Source: an uncultured Chloroflexia bacterium
GTDB taxonomy: Bacteria; Chloroflexota; Dehalococcoidia; DSTF01; JALHUB01
Direction of reading: 5' to 3'
NCBI GenBank assembly: GCA_963842845.1
Contig: CAWJHZ010000007.1
Coordinates: 8,342 to 72,341 of the forward strand
DNA: 64,000 nucleotides
This document shows, in pieces, positions 30,692-41,312 of this stretch; the stretch's first letter is position 1; each line of letters opens with the position of its first letter. The notes below the pieces were generated by a model. It was not told where the DNA came from. It saw only the letters and a list, made by a program, of their open reading frames with translations, and ran no database searches. The translations under genes were made by a program, and so were the position numbers.

Positions 30692-33515
30692 CTACTGCGC
30701 CGGTTCCCGCTCAAGGTTGAGGCGCAGCAAGCGGGTGACGATCTCAGAATCCGACAGCGCGTCAGACGGCTCCTGCCACCCGTAAGCGGCGAACACCGCC
30801 TCGTCCAGCTTGCGATGCGCGTTTACCAGCCACATGGGGCGCTGGTTGTAGAGCTTCGTAAGCGTGCGGCGTTCTGACTTCTTCACGCCCGGCTTTTCCT
30901 CCGGCGCCTTCAGCCAGTTCTGGCGGGGCTCTTCCAACTCCCGCGCCGCCTCTGCGATTGCGCGCTGCTGCTCTGGCGATGGTCTTGGGAACGAGAACGT
31001 CTCGAAACAGGTTGTCGGGGTATAACGGAAACCGCTCTCCACTTCTCGCAACTGGGTGCCGGTGGCGCGCGCCCACACCTCATGAGCGCGGGAGTGCACC
31101 ACGCCGAAGAAGTAGTCATCATCGCGAGCGAAGACTATGGTGGCCTGGTTGCAGAGGACCTCGGGAGCCACCCAGACGAAAAGACGGTGCTTCGAGTGGC
31201 AGGGCGTGGCTATGAATCTCCACATGCCCTGCAACGCCCTTCTCATGTTTACCCTCGGCTCCCCGTAGATCCACCACCGGTCGGCGTATGCCTTACGTCT
31301 GTTTCTCTCGCGGATTGGCTTCACAACAGAGCGCAGGTGCTCGAAAGGCATTTCGTACTGGGCCGCTTGTTCCTCTCTTGTCCCAGGAGGGAAGTCGATT
31401 GTCCACAAGCCCCGTGGGCGCTGGACCAGATCGACGGCGCTCATCAAAGGTCTTACGATGTCGCTGTTTGGGCGCCCGTTAGGATTCCTAGACCTCAACA
31501 TGCGCCTGGCAAGTTCCGCCGAGATGTCAAACCCCGCCTTCGGTGACGGCCCTTGGAAGCAAATCCTCAGGTTCTCTCTAAGAGGTCGAGCCATCGTCAG
31601 AATCGACACCCGCCGTCAAGTTGGCGTTGATAACTGCAACTTGGTGCCCGTCGAGCGTCCGCTCTAGCTCTGAACCCTTGTCGAAGCCGAGCATCGAGAC
31701 GTGGACCGCCGCCCCGTCCAGAATCCAAGGCCTGTCCGAATAGGCCAAGAACATCTCGCCCGTCTCTTTTATCCGCTCAAGAACGCGCCTATTTGCGCCG
31801 CCCCGAATGCCCTGTGTTGCCAAGAGTCCTGCTCTGGTTGATCGTTCGTCGGCAATCATCTCACGTGCTTGTTCAAACCAATAACAGCAGAGGTCGCTGA
31901 AATGGGGAAGCCGGTCACCATACAGCGAGAACAACGCTTCGACGTATTCGCCGCCAAGATGTTTGCGCAACAAGCTTCCCCCCAAGAACGGAGGATTTCC
32001 GACGATTACGTCCGCTTCCGGCCACTCAGGGATACGCGGCTGGCTGGGGTCCGAGAGGTCAACGATTGCGTCCCTCATCTCTATCTGGTCGAGCGGTTGA
32101 AGGATGGGAGTCTCGTCCGTGAACGGGATCACGTTGCGGTGCTTCCATTGCAGGTAGCCTATCCAGATGACTATAGACGCCAGCTCGCGGGCGTACTCGT
32201 TGATCTCGATGCCCATCAGCTGGCGCGGGTGAACGCGCGGGGAGAGTGGAACGTCGTATGACGCCGCGAAGGCGATAACCTCCTTCTCCAGAGCCTTGAG
32301 GAGAGCCAGGGAGACGTAGAGGAAGTTGCCGGAGCCGCAAGCGGGGTCAAGGACACGGATGGTCGCCAGCCGCTCATGAAACGTCTTTAGAGCGCCGGCG
32401 ATGCGGCTGTGCAGCGTCTCCGGCTTGAACCGCCGGGAGGCCGCGTTCTCCGATAGGTCCTCCGCCGCCACCTTGATCTGGTTCCATTCCCGTCTGAGAG
32501 GGGCCATCAGCACCGGCTCCACTATTAGCTCGATGTCGACACGAGACGTATAGTGCGCGCCGACCTGTCGCCGCTTCTCACGGTCAATAACGCGCTCAAA
32601 AAGAGTGCCGAAGATTGACGGCTCGACATCGGCCCAGTTGAGGCTGTCCAGGTCCTCCAGCAGGCGGACATGCTCGCCGTGGATCTCGTCGGGAACGTCG
32701 CTGTCCTCGAACAAGCGGCCGTCGAAGTAAGGGACGGAGTGCATGAGGAACTTGCCGCCCTTCCGCATGACCTCGAAGAGCTCCGACAGGTTCTCGCGGA
32801 ATGCGGCGGGGTCGTCCTTGTTGACGTTGATGACCTCGCTAAAGGTCTCGCGCGGCAACAGGCCCACGTCTGTCGCGAACATGCAGAACATGACCCGCGT
32901 CACGAAGCGAGCGATGCGCATGTCCTCTACCTTCCATTTGCGCAGGTCATCGGTGATGCGGCCGAAGAGCTTGGCGGCCTCCTGTGTGATCTGCTCGGTA
33001 GTCCGGAGAGGCTTCAGGCGCTCGGGCTCCTCGAAGAGCGCCTTCAGGACTTGGAGGGCTGTGAGCTTCGGGGCGTCGGCAGCGGGCCCGCCGTAAGTGG
33101 TGACTTCGACCGGCTCGTCCAGCGCGATGTCGGCGTTGCGGAAGCGGTAGATCCAGGTCTCTGTGTTGGTCCAGTTGGTGTGGACTTCGAATCGTTCTAT
33201 GTCGCAGACAACGAGCAGCGGCGGGTTACCCAGCGCCTCGCGATACGTCTGAACCTGCTTGTAAGCAATCCCGAGGTCTTTGTGTTTGCCCTTGTACTCC
33301 CAGGCGAAATGGTTCTTGAGCCATACGTCCGCGAACCCGTCGCCGTCAGGTTTCTTCGCGCCTTTCTCAAACGCGAAGAAAGCGCCGCTGGGGTCGGCCT
33401 CGTTCGGGGTCTGCTCGTTGAGCAACCGGCACAGGTCAATGAAGTGCTCCTGCGCAGCCGCATTTTCGCTCTGGGTGGAGGCGGCCCACTTCTTGACGAA
33501 TCCAAGGGAGTCCAT
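30692..33515 (-). pseudogene. second MmeI-family Type IIL RM gene (paralog of 12442..15228), interrupted by a +1/-1 frameshift near 31580-31610 in the TRD; possibly inactive or a sequencing artefact
   Basis: Two overlapping ORFs (31578..33569 and 30692..31609) together reproduce the full architecture: nuclease block, VLDPACGSGNFL, GNPPF, TRD, conserved C-terminus. ATG at 33515 is preceded by TATAAT 7 bp upstream. The frame switches at ACGGCGGGTGTCG (GGG run). Both frames align with copy 1 on either side of the switch. Confidence 0.7.
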
Positions 33516-33879
33516 GAATGCGATTATAGCGAAGGATCGTGGAACCGCCAATGTGGGCTTTTGCCGCAAGGAGTTATTTCAGGACCGACACGATCAGGTC
33601 ATCGTGTGCGGTCCCGCGCACAACGGCTCGGGATGTCGTCAGGCGACGCCCGCCTCGACAGACAGCGCATGAACGGTTCGCGAGTCGAGCGCGCTGACCG
33701 CGTCACGCCGCGCACGCCAGTTGGGGGTTCTTGCGCTCGCCCGACTACGATCTCTTCGATGTCGCCCCTCACCCTCGGCTGGGATAATCGCCATGCGAAA
33801 CCAAGCAAACAGTTGGGGAAGGCGTCTGTCGCCTTCCCCAGCTAGTGTCTTTGGTTTAGATGTGGCTTCTACCGGTTGA

Positions 33880-35247
33880 TTACCACCACCACCAGAAGTG
33901 ACGGTCAGGCCCGTAGCACTGCCTGTCGTGCGACCATTGAATCACGAAGCCAGTGCAAACCTTCGGTCGCGACGGCGTGGCCGTAGGCGTCTTGGTCGGT
34001 TTCGGCGTCGCCGTTTGACATTGACATGGCGGCTTTGTTGTCGGCGTGGCCGTGTGTGTCGGGCTCGGCCCTCCAGATGGAGTCGGTGTGGCCGTAGGCG
34101 TCTTGGTCGGTTTCGGCGTCGCCGTTTGACACGGCGGCTTTGTTGTTGGCGTCGCCGTGACCGTGTTTGTAGCCGTCGGCGTCGCAGTATCGGTCGGCGT
34201 GGCCGTGTCCGTGGCCGTCGGCGTCGCAGTATCGGTCGGCGTGGCGGTGTCCGTGGCCGTCGGCGTCGCAGTATCGGTCGGCGTGGCCGTGTCTGTGGCC
34301 GTCGGCGTGGCCGTGTCTGTCGGCGTGGCCGTGTTCGTAGCCGTCGGCGTGGCCGTGTCTGTCGGCGTGGCCGTGTCCGTGGCCGTCGGCGTGGCCGTGT
34401 CTGTCGGCGTGGCCGTGTCCGTGGCCGTCGGCGTCGCAGTATCGGTCGGCGTGGCCGTGTCCGTCGGCGTGGGCGTGGGCGTGTTCGTAGCCGTCGGCGT
34501 GGCCGTGTCCGTCGGCGTCGGCGTGGCAGTATCGGTCGGCGTGGCCGTGTCCGTAGGCGTCGGCGTGGCTGTATCCGTGGCCGTCGGCGTGGCTGTGTTC
34601 GTGGCCGTCGGCGTGGCTGTATCCGTGGCCGTCGGCGTGAACGTACTCGTCGGCGTCGGCGTGAGCGTCTGCACCGCCGACTGAGACCCACTGGAGCCAC
34701 CTTGGTCTCCCACGGGGCAGTTTCCAGAGCCGCTCGAACAGGTGTCCTGCCACGTCAATGTTGCATTGTCGGTCAATGGGTTCGGATCATTGGCCTGAAC
34801 GGTGTAATGGCTTGTCGTGAAGGTGATAGATGCGCCGAACGGGAGCGTACATAGCGTCTGCCCACCGTTGCAGGATGCTCCGCCAGTGAAAGTGATGCTT
34901 GCGCCCGGCAGCAGGTTGCCCGAAGCTACGTCGCCTGAGCCAGCATGTACGACATCCACCACTGATGTGATCGTCAAGGTGTCACTGGCCTGGTCAACCG
35001 CGTTCGAAACGGAGAACGTGCAGCTGTACGGGTCACCCACATTCGTAGGACTGGCGCAGCCCTTGAGGAAGCTGATGCCGTGGAGGGGTCCCGAACCGGT
35101 GTTCGCCTGAGCCCAGGGGGACCAAATGGCCGTCGCGGCGATCATGGCTAAGCCCACCGCCAGGACCAAGGCGGCTCCTCCCCGTCTTCCGATCACCCGG
35201 GCAGCGCGCCTTGTGCTGTGGTCGTCGCTCGTATACCTCATTTCCAC
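33880..35247 (-). CDS. secreted protein, paralog of cassette B domain, with a long ([14 protein letters not shown])n linker; lacks the sorting tail and ends ...HFWWWW
   Basis: The N-terminal 200 aa are about 85% identical to 25418..26000 ([10 protein letters not shown]...[16 protein letters not shown]). Then about 180 aa of perfect PT-type repeats. Two KPPCQ segments at the C-terminus. Confidence 0.55.
   Translation of the reverse strand: MEMRYTSDDHSTRRAARVIGRRGGAALVLAVGLAMIAATAIWSPWAQANTGSGPLHGISFLKGCASPTNVGDPYSCTFSVSNAVDQASDTLTITSVVDVVHAGSGDVASGNLLPGASITFTGGASCNGGQTLCTLPFGASITFTTSHYTVQANDPNPLTDNATLTWQDTCSSGSGNCPVGDQGGSSGSQSAVQTLTPTPTSTFTPTATDTATPTATNTATPTATDTATPTPTDTATPTDTATPTPTDTATPTATNTPTPTPTDTATPTDTATPTATDTATPTDTATPTATDTATPTDTATPTATNTATPTDTATPTATDTATPTDTATPTATDTATPTDTATPTATDTATPTDTATPTATNTVTATPTTKPPCQTATPKPTKTPTATPTPSGGPSPTHTATPTTKPPCQCQTATPKPTKTPTATPSRPKVCTGFVIQWSHDRQCYGPDRHFWWWW
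34150..34690. repeat. tandem DNA repeat (about 42-bp unit, roughly 12 copies) encoding the [14 protein letters not shown] linker
   Basis: Periodic GCCGTCGGCGTGGCCGTGTCCGTGGCCGTCGGCGTCGCAGTATCGGTCGGCGTG... read directly. It produces mirror-image artefactual ORFs on both strands (VAVGVAVS..., [10 protein letters not shown]...). Confidence 0.7.
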
Positions 35248-35691
35248 CTCTTCTACGATGTGGCGCGGCGTTCCAATGCCGCGGAGTCCGACTGTTGCTG
35301 GACGCCGTCATCACCAGCCTCCGCCCTTCCACCGATCATAAGCACCAGATCGTTTCGGGTATATCGGTATTTTCCCTTATTTGCTGCGGTCGTCTTTGAC
35401 CAAAGCAAAGCCGGGACGACGCGGTCCTGGCGTCCGCTTCTGGCTACGCATCGATAGCGTATCGCCTTGACTTCCCCGCACACTAATGCATCATGGTGGG
35501 CGCCTTAGACCGGCTTCAATGGCGCGATCAGTGGCGCGCCTCCCGCGAACCCGGCGCTTGAGACATCCATGGCGACGGGCGGAGACGCGACTTTGGCGTG
35601 AAGCTTGAAAGATGGACAAGGGGCTGACAGCGAACTGAGCTCACGGTTACCTAGGCAGCAACTGGGTCGGCGAATGGCCCGCAGCGGATAG

Positions 35692-37671
35692 TCAACCAGT
35701 CGGCGCCCCGGGCCCGTAGATCACGACGTCATAGAATGCGCCGTAGGTGAGACCTAGCTTGCCACCGCTTGGGCCATCCGGGTCGACAATGCTGTAGGAG
35801 TCGCCTGATTTGCCTGAAAGTACGATCCAATGCGGTATGCCTAGCTTGCCCTTCACTTCAACGATCGGCGGTCTCCCCTGAGACAGCGCGTTGTCGATGG
35901 CCTGTTCCCTTGCCGCCAGATCATATTGGCTTGTCCGCAGGATCGTCGGCTCGCCGACATATCCACCAGTTGAGTTGGCGGCGACCTCCCAAGAGATTTT
36001 GCAGCCTCCGTAGCCACCGTGGGCCGTGAGCCATCTGTTGAGATTGTCCGGGCTGACCGGTCCGTATCCCTGAGTCAGCTGAGGCGTTCCGTAGTAGGCG
36101 AGCACATCTGCAACGGATGTCAGCGCGCACCCCGCGACTGCAACAGTAGGGCACCCGGACTTGCCAGCGAGATGATCATTGCCCCATCCCAGATCCCTTT
36201 GCTTGAAATCGGGTACCCCTGTGTACTTGATGGTGGCATAGTCGTACCCAGTGCCCAGGCCAAAGGAGTCACCTGTCACGTAGACATTGCCCGCGCCGTC
36301 CACGGCTATGGCCCGGGGTTCGTCAATTCCCTTGCCGGGGCCGTTGTAGCGTTGTGCCCACTGCTCGCTCCCTTTTGGCCCGTATTTGATAGTCGCGAAC
36401 TCGTCCTCGCCGCTAGACACAAACGAGGAGCCGGTCACGTATGCGTTGCCTAGTGCATCCACAGCGATGGCCGAGGCCACGTCATCGCCGTTGGCCGGGC
36501 CGTCATAGCGGGCCACCCACTGCCTGTCGCCGTCCGGCCCGTACTTGATGGTGGCGTAGTCGTCGTGACCACCAGAACCTCCAGAGCCACCTGTGACGTA
36601 GACATTGCCCGAACCGTCCACGGCAATGTCGTTGCCTGAATTCCATGCGTGACGTGCATCCGGACCATGGTAGTAGCGCTCCCACACCATATGCCCGTCT
36701 GCCGCTCCGAACTTGACGGTTACACAGTTGACGGCGGCACCTTCGACCCAGCCTGTCACGTACGCGTTCCCCAGAGCGTCGACAGCAAGAGCCTGGACGC
36801 CCCCCTGGAAACCCAGGGGTGGATAGTAACCCACCCACAGCAGGCTCCCGTCCGGCCCGTACTTCACGATGGCGAAGTCGTAGCCATAGTTCGCGGAGGG
36901 ATCAATATCATAGCCCTGACCCGCCACGTACACGTTGCCAGCGCTGTCTATTGCGATGTCCCGGGCGTGGTAATCGTAGCCGTCCGGGAGCCTGAAGCGA
37001 CGTGCCCACAACTCGCTCCCGTCCGGTCCGTATTTGACGGTGGCGTAGTCGTACAAGTTGTCGGGGCCCTGAGATGACCCCGTCACATATGCGTTCCCTT
37101 GACGGTCCACGACCAGGCCAACAGGCCGATCGGACCCAGCACCTCCACTGCTGCACGGGCCGGAGCCGTTACCAGGGCCGTTGCATCGTCGCGTCCACAG
37201 CTCCCTCCCGTCCGGTCCGTACTTTATGGTGAGGTAGTCATTCCCCGTATCGACGCCCTCTGACAAGCCTGTGACGTACACGTTTCCCTGGTTGTCGACT
37301 GCCACAGCGACGGCCTCGTCAGAGCCGTTGGCCGAGCCGTTGTATGACTTTGTCCACAGAACCGTCCCGTCTGATGCGTACTTCGCTGTGGCGTAGTCCG
37401 TTCCGCTGACAGAGCCTGTGGAGTAGCCTGTGACGTATACGTTGCCTGAGTTGTCCACAGCAACCGCCGCGCTACGATCGTCGCCACTGGCAGAACCGTC
37501 GTAGCGGGCCACCCAATCTCGCGTAACCACGCCGCTGCCGTTCGCGACGAGGCTCTCGCCAGGGACTGGACCGGCACGGGCACGCGAAGGGCCCAATAGC
37601 AGCCCGCCGACAACCGCCAGCACAGAGAAGAGGTATTGTAGGGTGGTTCGCCCAATTGGAGCGTGCATCAT
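35692..37671 (-). CDS. secreted SBBP-type beta-propeller repeat protein with a C-terminal putative papain-like/C39-like cysteine peptidase domain
   Basis: Signal peptide. At least eight repeats YDG...DD.A.AIAVD..GNVYVTG.S.G. The C-terminal region has CPTVAVAGCALTSVADVLAYYG ... GIPHWIVLSG (candidate Cys and His). Domain call is tentative. Confidence 0.45.
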   Translation of the reverse strand: MMHAPIGRTTLQYLFSVLAVVGGLLLGPSRARAGPVPGESLVANGSGVVTRDWVARYDGSASGDDRSAAVAVDNSGNVYVTGYSTGSVSGTDYATAKYASDGTVLWTKSYNGSANGSDEAVAVAVDNQGNVYVTGLSEGVDTGNDYLTIKYGPDGRELWTRRCNGPGNGSGPCSSGGAGSDRPVGLVVDRQGNAYVTGSSQGPDNLYDYATVKYGPDGSELWARRFRLPDGYDYHARDIAIDSAGNVYVAGQGYDIDPSANYGYDFAIVKYGPDGSLLWVGYYPPLGFQGGVQALAVDALGNAYVTGWVEGAAVNCVTVKFGAADGHMVWERYYHGPDARHAWNSGNDIAVDGSGNVYVTGGSGGSGGHDDYATIKYGPDGDRQWVARYDGPANGDDVASAIAVDALGNAYVTGSSFVSSGEDEFATIKYGPKGSEQWAQRYNGPGKGIDEPRAIAVDGAGNVYVTGDSFGLGTGYDYATIKYTGVPDFKQRDLGWGNDHLAGKSGCPTVAVAGCALTSVADVLAYYGTPQLTQGYGPVSPDNLNRWLTAHGGYGGCKISWEVAANSTGGYVGEPTILRTSQYDLAAREQAIDNALSQGRPPIVEVKGKLGIPHWIVLSGKSGDSYSIVDPDGPSGGKLGLTYGAFYDVVIYGPGAPTG

Positions 37672-37925
37672 GCTGCTCCCGCGGCTTTTGAGAGTGTCCC
37701 GATCCTAGATGATGTCCTTTCGATCCCCTTATCGGAAGAAAGGGCCGAATCTAGAGCGGGTGTAACCCTGTAGACCTGCTCAGCGATGCCGGTAGGTGGA
37801 GAGTGGAGCGATCATTGACTAGCAGAGTCTCTCGCTGCGAGCATCTGCTCTTGAGGACTGGCTTGACTTCCGCGCACACTAATGCAATATGGTCGTGATT
37901 CTACGTTTGCGAAGGAGAAACGACC

Positions 37926-38858
37926 ATGACAGCAACCATCATCCCCATCGGCGAGGAAGCCGCTGGCTGGGAACGTGCTCTGTACGCATTCCTTGCCGAA
38001 AAGGAGCGACGCAGCGGCTCAAGACGAACAGTCGAGGGTTATTCCAGAACCCTCCAGCACTTCTTCGGGGCCATCGGCAAGCCGCCCGACCGGATCACGA
38101 GTCAGGAGGTCTTCGCCTGGGCCTACGGCAAGGGGTTGTCTGGCAAGGAGCCCTCGGCAATCACGATCGGGGCCAGGCTTGCCTGCCTCAGTTCCTTCTA
38201 CCGCTTCCTGATCCGCATGGAGATCGTCTCCGCCAACCCCTGCGACCAGATCGAGCGACCCAAGCCCTCGCCCAGCCCACCGCGGGGGATCAGCGCCGAG
38301 GGGATCAGAAAGCTGCTCACCGTCATCCCCGAGACGCCGGCCGGTCTGCGGGACCGAGCCATCATCCTCACACTTGTCTTGACGGGTCGGCGCCGCGCAG
38401 AGGTCTTCAACCTGAAGGTCGGCGACCTCATTCGAACCGATGGCCTCTTCTACACCTACCGCGGCAAGGGAGGCAAGCAGGGGAAGCGGGAACTGCCTTT
38501 ACCCGCATTCGAGGCGATTAAGGTGGCGCTGGCCGCATTCGCCAAGGACCTCGACACGATGAAGCCCGGGGAGTCACTCTGGCCATCGCCCGGTCGGAGC
38601 GGCACTGGCATCACCAGCGGCACCTTCTATGGCAACCTGCAGCGCTACCTGCGCAAGGCGGGGCTGCCGCCCGCCGGCGTCCACATCTTCCGCCACAGTG
38701 CCGCCAAGCTACGGCGAGACGTCGGAGAGTCGGTGGAAGATGTCAGCCTTTTCCTCGACCACAGCTCGCTGGCGGTCACGACGGTCTACCTGCGGAGGCT
38801 CGAGGGGCAAGAGGACAGGAATTGGCAGAAGGTGGCGATGGCACTGGGTATCTGTTGA
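37926..38858 (+). CDS. tyrosine-type site-specific recombinase / phage integrase family
   Basis: 310 aa. Catalytic region ...GLRDRAIILTLVLTGRRRAEV...HIFRHSAAKLRR (HxxR)...LAVTTVYLRRL (Tyr). Its N-terminus and 5' flank are duplicated at 21426-21715. Confidence 0.8.
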   Translation: MTATIIPIGEEAAGWERALYAFLAEKERRSGSRRTVEGYSRTLQHFFGAIGKPPDRITSQEVFAWAYGKGLSGKEPSAITIGARLACLSSFYRFLIRMEIVSANPCDQIERPKPSPSPPRGISAEGIRKLLTVIPETPAGLRDRAIILTLVLTGRRRAEVFNLKVGDLIRTDGLFYTYRGKGGKQGKRELPLPAFEAIKVALAAFAKDLDTMKPGESLWPSPGRSGTGITSGTFYGNLQRYLRKAGLPPAGVHIFRHSAAKLRRDVGESVEDVSLFLDHSSLAVTTVYLRRLEGQEDRNWQKVAMALGIC

Positions 38859-38965
38859 ATACAGCGACTGAGCAGTCACAGAGACGAATCGCACAGGGCC
38901 GGCCGCGAGGCCGGTCTTCTCGTTCTAAGCGCGCGGTCGATAATGCCAGTAGGAAGGAGCTAGAG

Positions 38966-39322
38966 ATGACGAACGCCGCCAGGGATGAAAAGGACATCGA
39001 GCCGCTCTCGGACGCTGGACAAGTCCGCAACGACATGGTTTCTTGGGTCGCGGACTTGGCGCAACAGCATAAAGAGGACGCGGCCAATCCGGACTCAAGA
39101 CTCTCTCTCCTACACCTAGACGAGGGGCATCTGCGTCATGCCTCTCCCTCCCACGTCAACGAGTGGCATCTGATCCAGGCCTCCCGATTGGGGAAATTGG
39201 CGGACTTTCTCGAAGCCCTGCCAGACGACGACCCGCTCATCCAGTCAGAGACACGGCAGGCCATGCGAAAGTGGCACGACCAACGGATCGAGGAGTGGTT
39301 CGACTATATGGCCAAGTTTTGA
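38966..39322 (+). CDS. hypothetical protein
   Basis: RBS AGGAAGGAG, 8 bp, ATG. 118 aa, acidic. No recognisable motif. Confidence 0.35.
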   Translation: MTNAARDEKDIEPLSDAGQVRNDMVSWVADLAQQHKEDAANPDSRLSLLHLDEGHLRHASPSHVNEWHLIQASRLGKLADFLEALPDDDPLIQSETRQAMRKWHDQRIEEWFDYMAKF

Positions 39323-40100
39323 GCGGGGGAGAGCGGCGACGACGCTCAACCAGTACCGTGCCTATCATCGAGGCCAAAACGTCGATTATCTCACTGAGAG
39401 GCGAGAAAGGTGTCAGGTGTGCGTAGACTCGGAGTGCTGGCAATAGGTACAGCTATTCTTGGCTGGGTGGTTAACAACCTGCTGAGAACGGATGAGGACA
39501 AGGCTGTTTCATCAGTGATGGGGCCGCCACGCCACGAAGATGCGAATTCTAACGGGGCGACTTTCCCGCGAGAAGCGGAACCAGCCTCTCTAGCAGCTGA
39601 CCTCCCTCCTGGACAAGCAGACCCTCTCGACGAACCTGCGAATGTCATTCCCCTGGAAGCCATGCGCGCGCATCCCCCCCGGAATCGTCCGCCTTCGCCG
39701 CCGAACGAAAACGGAAATGCGAGAATGAGACGCGCTCGAAATGCCGTCGATAAACGCTTCCGGCAATTGCCGGAAAAGGGTGATCGACGCAAGAGAGGCG
39801 CAGCTTAGCCATCGCGGGTCTGGCTCCACTGGCAGCCCGCAGCTAAGACGCGACCGTGTGAAACTGTCCACGTGCGAACACCTACGGTAACCCCTGCAAT
39901 GAGACCGCTCACTAATAGGCGGCCTCCCTTGAAGACGTTGGCGGACGCTTGGAGTGTGACGCTGGCGTCCTCATTGCGAGCGAGTATTCAGATAAGCTTG
40001 GTTTCTATTCGAGATGCGCTACCAGTTTCTATCTGCGTCGTGGTAGAATCGAGCGCAGGATGAGGCGGGGCATCCGAATCTATCCTCGGAGGTCAACGAT

Positions 40101-41312
40101 ATGCCTCGCCACTACTCGCCTCGCGACTTTCTTCGGCTAGCTCCGAATGCGCTGCTCGCCCGCTACTTTCACGAACGCAACCTTCTGACTGATCTCGATA
40201 TCGATTCTCTTGCGGAAACCGATGTGCAGCCCATCTTTGAGGCCTTGACGGCACTCGCGCCTGAGCTGTCCGCTCCGGTCAACAGCGACTTTGAGCTCGT
40301 CACAGCTCTGGCAGACGAGCAAGGCATTCAGGCTATTCTCGACGAAGCCCAGTATCACGAATTCGACTTTACCGACGCCTTCGATTCCATGCCGGGCTTC
40401 TTCGACAAGGCGCTGTGGACGTTCCTCGAGCACCCAAGAATTGCGGCGGTTGCGCGCCTGCTGTCTGAAGTCGAGCGCTATCCGACCGCCTCCTGGGTCC
40501 GCCGACGCGACGAGGCATTCGGGGCTGAGCCACGTGACGATGACGGCGCGCGAGCCGAACTTTCAGGAGCGCTCGGTTCATACTTCCATATGAAGGAAGG
40601 ACGAGGAAGCGAGTGTTTCGTCGACGTGTACCGCCGCGGGACGAAACTATACTACTTCGCCTTCCCTGAGGACTATGCCCAGACAAGCTTGGAATACCTG
40701 GCGGGCAAACTCGAACGCCGAGCGCATCGGCCCGTCTTCCAGGTGGTCTTCGTCTGCGATCCGGCAACGGGAACGCTCGATACCTACTTCCGTGGCCAGA
40801 AGAAGACACGCCTAGAGATCGAGACGAAATTCTCCCGCGTGATCCTCGGCAGGGAACTCGACCCCTGGAAGGACGACCGCGTCTACGATCTGAACGCCTT
40901 TAAGGGACGCGGTGTGACGTTCGTGTACGACCCCACCTCGGGAATCCACGACATCCGCGTGAAGCAGCTCCGCCTCACACTGATCGGGGGCGGCTCGCGG
41001 CGCATTACTCTAGAGGCTGATCCGAGCGCAGCCAAAGAGGCAGTCCACGACATGCTGGCCACGCTCTTCGCGTCTGATAGCGGTCACGCTCATGGTGGAT
41101 GGTCGCCTGCGTTCGCCAACGTTACCCGGGTCGGGCTACAAGTGTATTTCTCGTCCGGCAGCCGCAGGGGCCGGAACACCAAGACCTTCTACCTGACTTA
41201 TCCCAACGGTTGCACGCTCGGACACCACGGGCGGGACGCCATTCTCCGACAGATGCTGATCGACTCTAAGATAGAGACAATCAGCCACGCGCCCGCACGC
41301 GAGAAAGCATGA
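40101..41312 (+). CDS. hypothetical protein (403 aa), first gene of a coupled two-gene module inside the integrated element
   Basis: Long ORF with good coding periodicity. Its stop overlaps the start of the next ORF (ATGA). I cannot assign it to any family. Confidence 0.5.
   Translation: MPRHYSPRDFLRLAPNALLARYFHERNLLTDLDIDSLAETDVQPIFEALTALAPELSAPVNSDFELVTALADEQGIQAILDEAQYHEFDFTDAFDSMPGFFDKALWTFLEHPRIAAVARLLSEVERYPTASWVRRRDEAFGAEPRDDDGARAELSGALGSYFHMKEGRGSECFVDVYRRGTKLYYFAFPEDYAQTSLEYLAGKLERRAHRPVFQVVFVCDPATGTLDTYFRGQKKTRLEIETKFSRVILGRELDPWKDDRVYDLNAFKGRGVTFVYDPTSGIHDIRVKQLRLTLIGGGSRRITLEADPSAAKEAVHDMLATLFASDSGHAHGGWSPAFANVTRVGLQVYFSSGSRRGRNTKTFYLTYPNGCTLGHHGRDAILRQMLIDSKIETISHAPAREKA

Noticed and set aside
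34150-34690. Possible CRISPR array because of regular direct repeats
   Set aside because: The repeats are contiguous with no spacers and lie in frame inside a coding sequence ([14 protein letters not shown]). No cas genes nearby.
33898-34854. Arg-rich 318-aa ORF (+) and 252/282-aa ORFs (-) over 33.9-34.8 kb
   Set aside because: These are alternate-frame and antisense readings of the 42-bp tandem repeat in the PT-linker gene. The RRRGRV... and VAVGVAVS... periodicity mirrors the repeat, not real proteins.
39410-39808. 132-aa ORF as a real gene
   Set aside because: Low-complexity Pro/Arg-rich sequence. Its 3' end is the decayed sorting-tail relic (stop mutated). More likely a pseudogene remnant of a sixth cassette than a functional protein.
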